Shown here: positions 38,925-52,582 of the stretch, piece by piece
Numbering within the stretch: position 1 is the stretch's first letter
Layout of the letters: each line of letters opens with the position of its first letter
Assembly: GCA_951406725.2 (NCBI GenBank)
Contig: OX597829.1
Span: forward strand, 58,032,001 to 58,096,000
Direction of reading: 5' to 3'
DNA length: 64,000 bases
Source: Octopus vulgaris
Lineage: Eukaryota
Notes under the pieces: generated by a model
The model's database searches: none
Told to the model about the DNA's origin: nothing
The model's input: only the letters and a program-made list of their open reading frames with translations
Made by a program: the position numbers and the translations under genes

Positions 38925-40030
38925 AATTTAAGATATCAATCTTATCAGGTGGCTGCACAACATCCTAAAAGATAGAAGGCAAGCAGTGGTGGCCAATGGA
39001 GTCACCTCCAAAGTAACACAAATAACAAGTGGTGTCCCAAAGGGCACTGTCTTGAGGCTACTGCTGTTCACAGTGGCATTTTCAGACATGCCCTCAGTTT
39101 CTAAGATGGCCACCTTTGCTAGCTATGCCAATGACACAAAAGTCTCTCAGACAATACAAAACCCTGGAAATATTGACATCTGCAAGGGAGTTGGATAATA
39201 TACAGGTGGGCTGAGGACAGCAACATGCAGGGAAGTTCCAAGCCTTGCTCTACTGGCACACAAAGCTGAACGACATGCAGACCGGATACACTGGCCCGGG
39301 AAGAATTGCTATTATTGAGTCAAAATCAGTGCATGACCTGGGCATTTACATGAGCAATGATGCATCTTTCCAAGTGCATATTACTAATCTGGTGATAAAA
39401 TGCACCTGGCTAGCTGGATGGATCCTCCGAACTTTTAGAACAAGAGAGAAGGAGACACTGATGGTCCTCTGGAAAACTTTCGTCCTCAGCCACTTGAACT
39501 ACTGCTCCCAACTATGGTGTAATACAAAACTAACAGCTGAACTCGAAACAATTCAAAGAAGCTACACAAAGAAGATCGTCTCAATGCAACATATAAGCTA
39601 CTGGGAAAGACTGAAAGTATTAAAACTCTTCTCCCTGGAGCATAGGCGGGAGAGATATGCAGTGATATACATCTGGAAAGTCCTGTCCCAAATTTTGGCT
39701 TGGAAAGTTACAACTGCATGGTACCAATGATCCCAACAGCACTATCAAAATACAGGACCAGATACTGCAACAGTTTGGGTTTCAGGGGACCACAGCTCTT
39801 CAATACCCTTCCTAAATGCCCGAGAGAACTGCATGGTGTGGATCCGGGTTTCTTTAAAATCAAGCTAGATCTCTTCTTGTCAGGGGTTCCAGATGAACCT
39901 ACCTCTCGGCAGGAAACACAGATGTGGGCAGTGGCATCGAACTCCCTTGTTGACCAAATGCCACATATCAGAGGTAGTTTCACATACTAGTGTAGCTCAT
40001 TCAACGGTGGTGCCCCAGCATGGCTGCAGC
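38925..40030 (+). mobile_element. CR1-group LINE 3' fragment (same family as 20667-24875)
   Basis: SGVPKGTVL..YANDTK..VHDLGIYMSND..GWILRTF..LNYCSQLW..LFSLEHRRERY..RYCNSLGFRGPQLFNTLP. Confidence 0.88.
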
Positions 40031-40087
40031 TTTCAGGATTTTTTAAAGGATTTATCTATCTATCTATATATGTATATATGTTTGGAT

Positions 40088-40156
<69 letters not shown>

Positions 40157-40319
40157 GTACTAGCATTATGACCCATCGTTGCCGGGTCATAGTGCTAGTG
40201 CATGTATATATGTGTACATATTACATGTACATCTATATATATACATCTACACATAAAATACAAAATACAAAGTTATATCTTGATATCGCTAGTGATAACA
40301 ATACTCAAAATATATAACA

Positions 40320-41173
40320 GACTGGAATTGTAGGCCCGTCTCTTGCAATTCCGATCAATTGTATCTTGTCCTCCCTCTTGTATAGAAGTGTGGCTACAAT
40401 CCAGCCTACCTCTACTTCTTGGGGGACATTTTAAATTTTTATCCGGGACGTCCTACGTCCCAGATATAAAGGTAAAAATAAAATATTTCCACTTTGCAAG
40501 GTTCGAGTCAAGTACTCCCTTACACGCTCCGTTGACTCGAACCTTGCTTCTATTGTGGGTAATTTACCGCCTCAGGTTAGATATCTTTCATAGTTGCACC
40601 AAAACACTTTTCAATGGTGCTTTCCTCCAGCTGTTCAAATCTTTTTTTTTCTTCTCTACATTGTATACTTTATAGACAATAGTCTTTTCTTTAATTTAAT
40701 TTTTTATTTCGTTTGGTGGTGTTATCCTAGATTCACCGTCTTTGTCGGTGATCAATCTGAAATAGGTTTGTATTTCTTCCATTTTAATTTTAATGAGTTT
40801 GCACTCACCGACGGCTGCAGCAAAATTCATTTTTGGACTTTCTTCTATCGAAGGCATTCTAACAAAAATGCTTCCATATAAATGGTGAAAATATTGTCAA
40901 TTTCCACAAACAGGGACACAATTAAATTTTTAAACAATAACCAAAGCTCCTTCTCCCAAAGGGGGAGGGTTACAGTTTACAATTATTTAACAAATGCAAC
41001 ACAACAACGTTTCTCTTATGAGGAACCAACAAACGTGATAACAATAGTTAAACAGTAATAATAATAACAACAAACCTTCAAAAAGCAGTATGCAGTTGAA
41101 GCTATAGTCCTTTATGTATAAGAAATAAACCAACAGCCGTACTCAATAGAAGCGGCTGTTCGAGAAAACAGAC
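40320..41173 (-). mobile_element. Possible decayed 5' UTR/ORF1 of an L1/Tx1-like LINE
   Basis: Interrupted minus frames such as MPSIEESPKMNFAAAVGECKLIKIKMEEIQTYFRLITDKDGESRITPP and YLGRRTSRIKI*NVPQEVEVGWIVATLL. The assignment rests on general resemblance only. Confidence 0.3.
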
Positions 41174-41519
41174 ATTACATACAGCCAAACTTTATATAGA
41201 TACTTAATGGTAGCTAATTAGCAGATAATCTAAAGTAAAAGCCGTGGTAAACGGTATGTGCACAGCTCCATCTGGACTATTCCATTTCTGCACGCTAATT
41301 TTGTTTTTGATTTATTCCCATTCATGTGAAACCACTTATTCAAGTTGAAGTCATTGATGCAATTTTATACCAATTGCTATTTTTACTTTTGTTATGTTAC
41401 GATTATATTATACTTTAGTTTGATTTTAAATATTACTTACTACATATTATTCAATTGTTATTTTTATCTCTAATTTTTATTGTTAAAGTGAAAGTATCTG
41501 ACATAAAATAGAGAAATGT

Positions 41520-41740
41520 TTTTGTTTCACTTTTAACACGTAATACTGAAATAGTGGAGAAGATATGATATTGCTATGGGCTCGCCCTAGGCAAGAAGTT
41601 GAACATTTTTTTGCTGATGACACTCCCCGGACCCTAAGTAAGGCATGTGTAAAATTTGAATGGAATTGGTTGTGTAGTTCTCAAGTTTTAGGGAAACACA
41701 CAGACAGACACACATTCTCAGTTTTATATATATAGAGATA
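41520..41740 (-). mobile_element. Non-autonomous Helitron 5' end; similar ends at about 42440-42517(-) and 42716-42775(+)
   Basis: Minus strand starts ATCTCTATATATATAAAA followed by (TGTC)n and ATTCAAATTTTACACA, the layout of Lep1-like Helitron 5' termini. Confidence 0.5.
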
Positions 41741-42124
41741 CATATATATACATATACATATATATGCATATACATATACATGCTTATACATATATATGCA
41801 TATACATATATATGCATATACATATACATGCTTATACATATATATGCATATACATATATATACATATACATACATATATACATATGCATACATACATCAT
41901 CATCATCGTTTAACGTCCGCTTTCCATGCTAGCATGGGTTGGACGGTTCAGCTGGGGTCTGGCAAGCTCGAAGGCTGCACCAGGCCAGTCAGATCTGGCA
42001 GTGTTTCTACAGCTGGATGCCCTTCCTAACGCCAACCACTCCGAGAGTGTAGTGGGTGATTTTATGTGCCACCGACACAGGTGCCAGACGAGGCTGGCAG
42101 ACGGCCAAGCTCGGATGGTGTTTT

Positions 42125-42164
<40 letters not shown>

Positions 42165-42775
42165 GTTAAACCCCCCCTCCCGTCCAATGGATGGTGTTGA
42201 GTTGTCAAACATTTAAACCAAATTTTCTCAAAATAACTTGTCCGACTGTCCCATAGGCCTTCCCTTTGAGAAACACTGATTTAACCTAAATTTGAGACAC
42301 CAGCAAAAGAAAAAATAAAGATAGACTTTTTTCTATTCCAAGAAAAACAATTTTATAAATGCACGTTCCCACAGCTTTATCGATCGCATTCTCACTTGGA
42401 ATCAATTTTTGTAATTTTTTCAAGACTTATACATGCCCTTATACCATCGGTATCTACATATCAAAATTGAGCGCAATTGGATGGGAGACAGACATAACGG
42501 ATTTTATATAATAGATAACCTCTCTCACGAACCTCTGGAAACCTCTCTCTGTCAATCTCTCCTTCTTCTAGCTGACAATTTTTGTACGTTTTTTGGGATG
42601 GAAAATACACCTTTTGTTGCAGTTATAATGAAATTACTTTCTTATATCAGAGTAATAAGGAGTTTCATTAGAACATCTTTAACCCCGGAATTACTGGGTA
42701 CTCCAATTAGTGCATATCTCTATATATATAAAACTTCATTCAAATTTTACACATGCCTTACTTAAGGTCCGGGGA

Positions 42776-42817
42776 TGTGTGTGTGTATATATATATATAT
42801 ATGTATGTGTATATATA

Positions 42818-42856
<39 letters not shown>

Positions 42857-43329
42857 ATATATGTGTGTGTGTATATATATATATATATATGTATGTGTAT
42901 ATATATGTATGTGTATATATATATATATATATATGTATGTGTATATATATGTATGTGTATATATATATATATATGTGTGTGTAGATATATATATATATGT
43001 GTGTATATATATATATGTGCCGGTGGCACATAAAAAGCACCATCCGAACGTGGCTGATGCCAGCGCCACCTTGGCTGACTTCCGTGCCAGTGGCACGTTA
43101 AAAGCACCAACCGATCGTGGCCAATGCCAGACCCCCCCTGGCACCTGTGCAGGTGGCATGTAATAAGAACCCACTACACTCACGGAGTGGTTGGCGTTAG
43201 GAAGGGCATCCAGCTGTAGAAACACTGCCAGATCAGACTAGAGCCTAGTGCAGCCCCTGGCTTCCCAGACACCGGTCGAACAGTCCAACCCGTGCAAGCG
43301 CGTAAAACGGACATAAAACGATGATGATG

Positions 43330-43361
<32 letters not shown>

Positions 43362-43655
43362 ATGTATATGTGTGTGTGTGTGTGTATGTATATGTGTGTG
43401 TGTGTGTGTGTATATATATATGTATATGTGTATGTGTATATATATATGTGTATATATATGTGTGTGTATATATATGTATTTACATATATGTGTGTGTGTG
43501 TATATATGTGTGTATTTATATATATATATATGTGTGTGTGTTTATATATATGTGTGTGTTTATATATATGTTTGTGTGTATATATATATATATGTGTATA
43601 TATATATGTTTGTATATATATATATATGTTTGTATATATATATATATATATATAT
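42776..43655. repeat. (TA/TG)n microsatellites flanking an RTE-tail element (43018-43330)
   Basis: Directly visible. Confidence 0.9.
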
Positions 43656-44225
43656 AAAATCTGTTATAGATGTCAGAAATAATAAATAAATAGATTTCAG
43701 TGGTAGATTTTCCAGTGCCTGGAGGAAGATATTACATTTCCTTTTTAGAGGTGGTCAGGAGTGGAGTATAAAGACTTGATGTGAATTAACAAACTTGTCT
43801 GGTTTACAATTATTTGATCAAACCTTTTCATGCGAAAAAAAGGAAAGGATGAATCATAATAACCTGCCTAGATGGTGCAGGAGTGGCTGTGTGGTAAGTA
43901 GCTTGCTTACCAATGACATAGTTTCGGGTTCAATCCCACTGCCTGGCTCTTTGGGCAACTGTCTTCTACTATAGCCTCAGCCCGACCAAAGGCTTGTGAA
44001 TGGATTTGGTAGACGGAAACTGAAAGGAACCTGTCGTGTATATATATATATAGGCAGGCGCAGGAGTGGCTGTGTGATAAGTAGCTTGTTTACCAACCAC
44101 ATGGCTCTTGGTTCAGTCCCACTTCATGGCACCTTGGGCAAGTGTCTACTGCTATAGCCTCGGGCCTGCCAAAGCCTTGTGAGTGGATTTGGTAGACGGA
44201 AACTGAAAGAAGCCTGTTGTATACA

Positions 44226-44335
<110 letters not shown>

Positions 44336-46520
44336 TATTATATATATATGTGTGTGTGTGTGTGTTTGTCCCTCCAACATTGCTTGACAACCGATGTTGG
44401 TGCGTATACGTCCCCACAACTTAGTGGTTTGGCAATAGAGACCGATAGAATAAGTACTAGGCTTACAAAGAATAAGGCCTGGGGTTGATTTGCTCGACTA
44501 GAGGCGGTGCTCCAGCATGGCCACAGTCAAATGATTGAAACAAGTAAAAGAGTATTTTCAATAGAAACAGCTGTGATTTAAGGGAGGTTTAACTTTTTTT
44601 TTTCGCACATCCCACGACCACCTGATAGCTTTGTCAAAATTGCATGTTGGCCTAGGTTGGTTTGTACTGTTCTGGAATAACATCATGGCATCTGTTGGTG
44701 AAAACATTTTTTTCGTGCATCCATGTACCTAGAGCTTATCTGGCACAATGGTTCATCCCCCAATGCTTCTCTTCCCTCAAGTGTAAGGTTTTGTAAGTTA
44801 TTTCATGACCTCACTGCTGCTGGTTCCATGTAAAAAGCACCCATTACACACTATATAGTGATTGGCATCTGGAAGGCCATCCAGTTGTGGAAACTGCGAA
44901 AACAGACAGTGGTGTTTGGTGCAGGACCCAGGCTTACTAGCTCCTGCCGAACCATCAAACCCATGCCAGCATGGATAAAAGATGTTAAATGATGATGATA
45001 ATGAATTAATACCTCATCATCATCGTTTAACATCCGTTTTCCATGCCAGCATGGGTTGGACAGTTCAACCAGGGTCTGCACCAAGCTCCAGTCTGATCTG
45101 GTAGTGTTTCTACAGCTGGATGCCCTTCATAAATCCAACCACTCCGTGAGTGTAGTGGGTGCTTTTTACGTGTCACTGGCATGGGCTAGAGGCGGCTGGC
45201 AATGGCCACGATCGGTTTGTGCTTTTTATGTCATGGCAGTGCTGGCATCGGCAAGAAACACAGAGCATCTTATGTACTGTACTTAAGATAATTACAGTAC
45301 CCATCTGGAACTGCTTCTGGCTCTGAGTACAAATGTTTTGTTTTCATAAGTTTTGAATTAAAATCTGCCAGCAAACCTTGGTCACAATTTACGTTCCTAA
45401 CACTAGCTTAGTGATAACAAAGTTATTTTACTAAATTTTTTCATCATCATCATCACTGTTTAATGTCCATTTTCCATGCTAGCATGGGTTGGACAGTTCA
45501 ACTGTGGTGTGGGAAGCCAGGAGGCTGGCAATGGCCATGATTGTTTGGTGCTTTTTACGTGCCACCGGCATGGGCCAGAGGAGGCTGGCAGTGGCCACAA
45601 TCGGTCGATGCTTTTTACGTGCCAAAGCTGGTATTTGCCACCTTCTGATGGTGCTTTTTACGTGCCACCAGCACAGGTATCACAACTACAATTTCCATTT
45701 GATTTTCATTTTGATGTTGATGTACTTGACTCAATAGGTCTTCTCAAGCACAGCAGGCTGTCCTGCGAGCCATGAACTCCATTTGCTGGGTCTTCGCAGT
45801 CACTGCATGTCTGCTGAGGTCCCGGTCTTTCGCCATTGCCTCTGTAAGGCCCAACATTTGAAGATCATGCTTACCAAGAATGGCTGGTGCTTTTTACATG
45901 CCACCGGCACGGAAGCCAGTCAAGGCAGCTCTGGCATCATCCACGTTCGGATGGTACTTTTTACATGTCACCGGCACAGGTATCACAACTACAATATCCA
46001 TTTGATTTTTATTTTGATGTTGATGTATTTGACTCAATAGGTATCCTCAAAAACATCAGGCCGTCCTGCAATCCAAGGTGCTTTGAATGGGTTGGGGCTG
46101 GTTATGCGAAACTGGTGTAAGATACAGCCATGAACTCACTTTAGAGTTATTTTGAAGGTTAGGGTAAGAAATTATCCCAGTTTGTTTTTTCTCTGAGAAT
46201 ATTGTTTTATTTGTTTCAGTCATTTGACTGTGGCCATGCTGGAGCACCACCTTTAGTCAAGCAAATCGACCCCAGGACTTAGTTACAGGGATGTAGGCAC
46301 ACCAACATCAGTTGTCAAGTGATGTTGGGGGGACAAACACACACACACACACACATATACACGACGGTCTTCTTTCAGTTTCCATCTACCAAATCCACTC
46401 AAGGCTTTGGTTGGCCCAAGGCTATAGTAGAAGACGCTCGCCCAAGGTGCCATGTAGTGAGACTGAACCTGGAACCATGTGTTTGGTAAGCAAGCTGCTT
46501 ACCACACAGACACTCTTACG

Positions 46521-46557
<37 letters not shown>

Positions 46558-47019
46558 TTACTACCCACAAGGGGCTAAACATAGAAGGGACAAACAAGGA
46601 CAGACAAAGGGATTAAGTTGATTGTATTGACCCCAGTGCGTAACTGGTACTTTATTTATCGACCCCGAAAGGATAAAAGGCAAAGTCAACCTCGGCGGAA
46701 TTTGAACTCGGAACGTAACGACAGACGAAATACGGCTGCGCATTTCGCCCGGCGTGCTAACGTTTCTGCCAGCTCGTATATATATATATATGATGGGCTT
46801 CTTTCAGTTTCCGTCTTCCAAATCCCCTCACAAGGCTTTGGTCGGCCCGATCCTATAGTAGAAGACACTTGCCCAAGGTGCCATGCAGTGGGACTGAACC
46901 TTGAATCATGTGGTTGGTAAGCAAGCTACTTACCACACAGCCGCTCCTACACATATATATATACACATATATATATATTTGCAAAGGGAACCCACTTTTC
47001 ATTGGCAATCGGTGATTGT

Positions 47020-47060
47020 CACGCTGATGACAGGTTAATACCCAGAAACTCAAGTCCGTG
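47020..47060 (+). ncRNA. Minimal type I hammerhead ribozyme motif, sense to the MRCK intron
   Basis: CACG-CTGATGA-C-AGG(ttaata)CCC-A-GAAA-CTCAAG-TC-CGTG: helix I CACG/CGTG, GUC triplet, helix III probably derived from palindrome CTCGAG. Confidence 0.65.
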
Positions 47061-47949
47061 TGTATCTTGTTGATTGAAGATGAGAAGGATGGCTTCCCTT
47101 TGCCAATGCTGATAGGGCACAGAAAGTGTGTCAATAGCCAACAGATGGAGGTGTCCTCCTGGGGCTACAAGCTACAGTAGCATCAACCCTTAAGGGTTAG
47201 CCACATTTAAGAGGCAAATATACTTCATGATATATATATATATATATATATATATATCGGAGATATTCTTGTTGCTTATTTTGATTATAATCACCCCATG
47301 GATTTATATGGATAACACCATACAAAGTTCTGGTGCATCTAACTTAAGTACCATATTCATCTGAATCTAAATTTTGCTGAACTTATATATATATATAATG
47401 GGCTTCTTTCAGTTTCCATCTACCAAATCCACTCACAAGGCTTGGTTAGCCCGAGACTATAGTAGAAGACACTTGCACAAGTTGCCATGCTGTGGGACTG
47501 AACCCAGAATCATGTGGGTGGTAAGCAAGCTACTTACCACACAGCCACTCCTACGCCTTTTCAAAAGTGAAATATTTTGAACTTTGGTAAATCTCTTGAA
47601 ACTGTTTTACTGAATCACTTTATGGTAGCAGACACTTTCCCACCCTCATCACAAAAAATGCAGTTTTGCTCTTGTGATATTTGTAAATAATACCTTGGTA
47701 TGATGCTAAATTATTCAAAATGTGTAATGTTGCTGTTTGACTATAAATGTCATTCTCCTGGTTTATCAGAAAAGCAGCTGCTTAGAATTTATTTAGCTTC
47801 ACATTGTTACATGATATCTATCTATCTATATTTTCTGTGCCATCTGTTCCTGGGAGGATTGTTGCGGGTTAGAATACTTAAGCTTGTCCTCCATAGGTGT
47901 CCATTAGAAGTAACTACCATTAGATTTTTCTGGTTGGATTCCTGATTAT

Positions 47950-49070
47950 CGAAATTGAAATTAAATTTGATGACTGGCATCCGTGCTAGTGGAGCGCTAT
48001 GAGCACCATCTGAAAAGTGTCACACCATAGCAGTAAAGGGAACCTGTGGAAGAGGTAGACCCAGGAAGACTCGAGATGAGGTGGTGAAGCATGACCATCA
48101 AACATTAGGCTTCACCAAGGAAATGACTAGCGACTGAGACTCTTCGAAATATGCAGTGCATGAGAAGACCCGGCAAGCCAAGTGAGACGATAACCTGTGG
48201 CCTATGAAAGGGTGTAAGTGCCATGAGAGAAAAGTTAGGGCTAAGAAGCATCAGATTTGCAAGAGAGACGACTGCGCTGGTATGGTCATGTGGTGAGAAT
48301 GGAGGAGGATAGCTGTGTGAAAAATGTCACACCCTAGAGGTTGAGGTAACCTGTGGAAGGGGTAGACCCAGGAAGATCTGGGATGAGGTGGTGAAGCATG
48401 ACTAGTGACTGAGACCTTTGGAAATATGCTGTGCTTGAGAAGACCTGGTAAGCCAAGTGAGACCATAACCTGTAGCCTATGTCAGGGTTGTAACCAGCCC
48501 ACTTACGTGTACTTTTCCTTCATTGGACACTAAACTCTGCTTGCAAAGACCTGTTGAGGCAAGTGAAATTGAAATCAAATTCGATGACTGGCATCCGTGC
48601 TAGTAGAGCGCTAAGAGCACCATCCGAGCGTGATCATTGCCAGAGCAGCTGACTGGCTTCCATGCTGGTGGCACATAAAAAGCACCATTTGAGCATGATC
48701 ATTACCAGCATTTCCTTACTGGCACGTTAAAAATAATCTGAGAGTGTAATGGGTGCTTTTATGTGTCACCGGCATGAGGACCAATCAGGCAGTATTGGCA
48801 ACGACCATGCACAAATGGTGTTTTTTACATGCCACCTGCACAGGAGTCAGTCCAGTGGAACTGGCAATGACCTCGCTCAAATGTTTTTTCACGTGCCACC
48901 AGCACAAGTACCAGTAAGGCAACGCTGGTGATGATCACCCTCGAATGGTGCTTTTTATGTGCCACTGGCACAGAAGCCAGTAAGCTGCTGTGGCAACGAT
49001 CACACTCAGAGGGTGCTCTTAGCGCACCACTAGCATGGATGCCAGTCATTGAATTTGATTTCAATATCAA
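47950..49070. mobile_element. Cluster of rearranged RTE 3' fragments in both orientations
   Basis: Repeated GGAAGAGGTAGACCCAGGAAGAC (GRGRPRKT) and 3' UTR blocks. Confidence 0.8.
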
Positions 49071-49904
49071 CCTTATCATTTCGGATCCCCTGTTTCGATT
49101 GGAGCTCCCAGCTGTATGAAATTCTCATGACTCCCCCACTCTGTCAGAAAACAGCTTCAGGAGTTGTGAAGAACAAATTTGTACGTAGTCTGTTTCTGAG
49201 AGCTATTGGACCTCTGTCTAATCATTAAAACATTGATTTAATTATGAATATGGAAAGAAATTATACATTAATTCCTATTTTTGTAAGCAGTTGTATCCGT
49301 AAAACTTTTATTTGCAGAGAGCAGAAATTTAAAGAAGGTATGTGAAATGGATGTGTGTGTGTATATGTGTGTCTGCGTGTGTGCATTCTTGCACATGTGT
49401 ATGTGAGAGAGAAAGAGGGTGAGAAAGTGAGTGAGTGAAGGTGTGTGTCATGATGATTGATGTCTTTTAAGGTACACATACAAACATAGAAAATGTGAGG
49501 TCATCTTATAAAATTTTTACGATCGTTGATTCATGGAAAAGATAAAATTTTTGAAATGCAAATATGGTAGCTAGACATGATAGAAATAGCAGCGAAATCT
49601 CCCTCAAAACACCCTACTGTCTTACTCCGACAACTCTGCCTATTATGTAGTTTGAATGAGAAACTGTAACTAAAGATTAAGATTATTAACCCCACAAAGA
49701 GGTGAAAGAAAAGAGACAGCATAGCGAAAGTTTTGGCTGACTGTCATCTTGTACTCCCCTTGTTGCTAGCGAAATGGTATATGCTGGCTGTGTGAGCAAC
49801 TGGTTGTTTTAATGGTGGATCAAACAGGGGAATTCCATTACAAAATGTTTTAATCGATTTTCTCGGTATCTATGGGGGATAGGAAGAAAATAGAAATTGC
49901 ATTC

Positions 49905-50905
49905 CAATCTATGCACCCGTCTCCACGTGTATGCCATTTTCCATGCGAATCCACCCAGCTGTTTGTGATCTTTGCAGTGTGGGGTCGCGCATTGTCCTGA
50001 TGAAACATCACTTCTTTTCGATTCACTAAAGTGGGTCTTTTTTACTTCAAAGCTTGGTTCAAACTCTCTAATTGCTGACGGCACACTTGAGCATTGATTG
50101 TTGCATTAGGTGGTAACAATTCAGAGTGAATTACTCCTTTGCAATCCCACCAGATTGAACTTTTTTCCCATGAAGTTCCCTTCTCGGTTGTGGTTGCGCT
50201 TTTCCCCTTTTTACCAAGCCACTGTTTACGACGTTTAACATTTCGATAGAAGATCCATTTTTCTTCACCAGTCACAAGTCTATCCAAAAAGGGTGAAATG
50301 AGTTCGCGAGAATGGAGAGAAGAGCAGATGTCAACTCATGATTTGCGGCTGCTTTCGGACAATTCATGAGGCACCCATTTTCCAAGTTTAGGAACCTTTC
50401 CAAGTTGTTGAAGATGACGATGAACAGTTGTATGGTTTGAACTAAGATTTATTGTCAATTCTTCAACTGATAATTCAGGATTTTCTTCAAGTAATGCCTC
50501 AAGGAGCTTATCATCTAACTCAACTGAACGACCTGTTCAATCTTCACCTTCAAGGCTGAAATCTCTACTTCTGAATTTTGCAAACCATCTTCTGCAAGTT
50601 CTTTCATTCAAGCATTCTTTCCCATAAACTGAGTGTATGTTTCTAGTTGCTTCGACTGCAGAGTTTCTATTTTTGTACTCATGAAGCATTGTGTGCCTTA
50701 AATACTCTTTGGATACTTCCATATTAGAAAGGGTTTTAATCAAAGAAATTTTAATTCTATTCTGTAAAATAATATTTAATTAGTTTAAATGTACACAAAT
50801 GGATAAAAATAATTTTTAATTCCATTAGACATTCTACAATACTATTAAATTTCATTCAATTTTAAAAAAGGTAAATTTGAACAGAACTTATGGGATGACC
50901 TGATA
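49905..50905 (-). mobile_element. Decayed mariner transposon (transposase pseudogene with one TIR)
   Basis: ORF 50537-50743 MEVSKEYLRHTMLHEYK..SAVEATRNIHSVYG..ERTCRRWFAKFRS.DFSLE (HTH). ORF 50042-50287 DRLVTGEEKWIFYRN..WWDCKGVIH.ELLP (TGDEKW region). TIR-like TATCAGGTCATCCCATAAGTTC near 50884-50905. Confidence 0.9.
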
Positions 50906-50939
50906 TTTTCCCAGCAACTGTAATGGATCTGGGAGTCCA

Positions 50940-51270
50940 TGTAACTATCTACAAAGTGGTCTTCGAAAAAGTTGTGAAACCATGGATTGAAAGAGTATAG
51001 AATGGAAGACTGTGTGTCTTCAGACAAGACTCTCTACCATCTCATAAACCTAGGATAATCCAAACTTGGATGTCTGTCGATCTTCATTATCATGTTCTTG
51101 ATATGCAGCGTCATAGTTCACCAGATCTCAATTCACTGGTTTATTATAGTCATGAAAGAGGTCAATCAACCCCGCTATAATGCCATACAATCTCTCAAGT
51201 TTACCATAATCTGCTCTATGTCCCAAATTGATAAAGACCATTTACTTTGGGCTTTTCATTGAAGAGGTAT
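50940..51270 (+). mobile_element. maT/DD37D-like transposase relic
   Basis: The frame reads NGRLCVFRQDSLPSHKPRIIQTWM...SSPDLNSLVYY (compare VFQQDSAPSH..SPDLNPLDY). Confidence 0.65.
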
Positions 51271-52025
51271 CGTAAAGGGATTATCCAGATTACTTCCAAA
51301 TTATTTTCAAATAGGCGTAGGATTGGCTGTGTGGTAAGTAGCTTGCTTATGAATCACATGGTTTCTGGTTCAGTCCCACTGTATGGCTCCTTGGGCAACT
51401 GTCTTCTACTATAGCCTCGGGCTGACCAAAGCCTTGTGAGTGGATTTGGTAGACGGAAACTAAAAGAAGCTCGTATATATGTATATAGGCGCAGGAGTGG
51501 CTTTGTGGTAAGTAGCTTGCTTACGAACCATATGGTTCTGGGTTCAGTCCCATTGCATGGCATCTTGGGCAAGTGTTTTCTACTATAGCTTTGAGCCGAC
51601 CAAAGCCTTGTGTGTGGATTTGGCAGACGGAAACTGAAGAAGCCCATCGTATATATATATAAAGTAAGATAGGGATTGTGGATGTAACCCACTATGGGAT
51701 ATCAATTATCCAATATACTGTTGGTAAATACCCAAATACTTCATACACAAATGTTTTTAATTGCAATGTAATTAATTCATTTATTGTATTAAACGGGTGA
51801 AGGCAAAGAAATATTTTTATCGTAAATTTATAATACAAGTAAGAAAATGGAGAAACAAATTTAGTTTGTTCATCAACTTACGGATATTATAATGTTGGAT
51901 TATTTATTCATTCAACAAAATGAGAACATCAAAAGCATACAAAGATATTATATAAATCAATAGATAAGATAATAATACAAATACAGATTTTAAAATTCAT
52001 ATTATAAATTATTGAAATCCATAAA

Positions 52026-52163
52026 CTTCTTACAGGTTTCAGCCTATGGTCAAAAGTGAATCCAATTAACATTGCCTATAGATGTCCATATATTAGGGTT
52101 GTAGGTATTTAAAAAAATATAATACTTATAATGTTAAAAGAACAATAGGCCTCGTCAGAGGAT
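52026..52163 (-). ncRNA. Type I hammerhead-like motif with long loop II
   Basis: Minus strand reads ATCCT-CTGACGA-GGCCTAT...ATAGGCT-GAAA-CCTG-TA-AGAAG. Helix I is partly eroded. The adjacent 51670-51920 resembles the repeat at 12050-12393. Confidence 0.55.
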
Positions 52164-52527
52164 ATAATTAACTTTAAATATATAATAATAATATTAATAT
52201 ACTAAACATGCTGCACTTATTACTTAATATATACAAATAGACAATAAACAAATATATATATATACACATATAAAAAAATACATATATACATACATAAGCA
52301 AAGCGTACATACTATTCACATGTGCAAAATACATTAATGAACACCATTGAACAATATATTACATTGGGTATACCATGCATTGTATAGTTATTTATATACA
52401 TTATAATGTATATACACTACTATGTTTATCAGTAACAACAATATTATTGCTTTAACGATAATCTTCAACAGATCATGCATACTATACTAATGTCAACTAT
52501 CATAACAAAAATTCACAATACAAGGTT

Positions 52528-52582
<55 letters not shown>

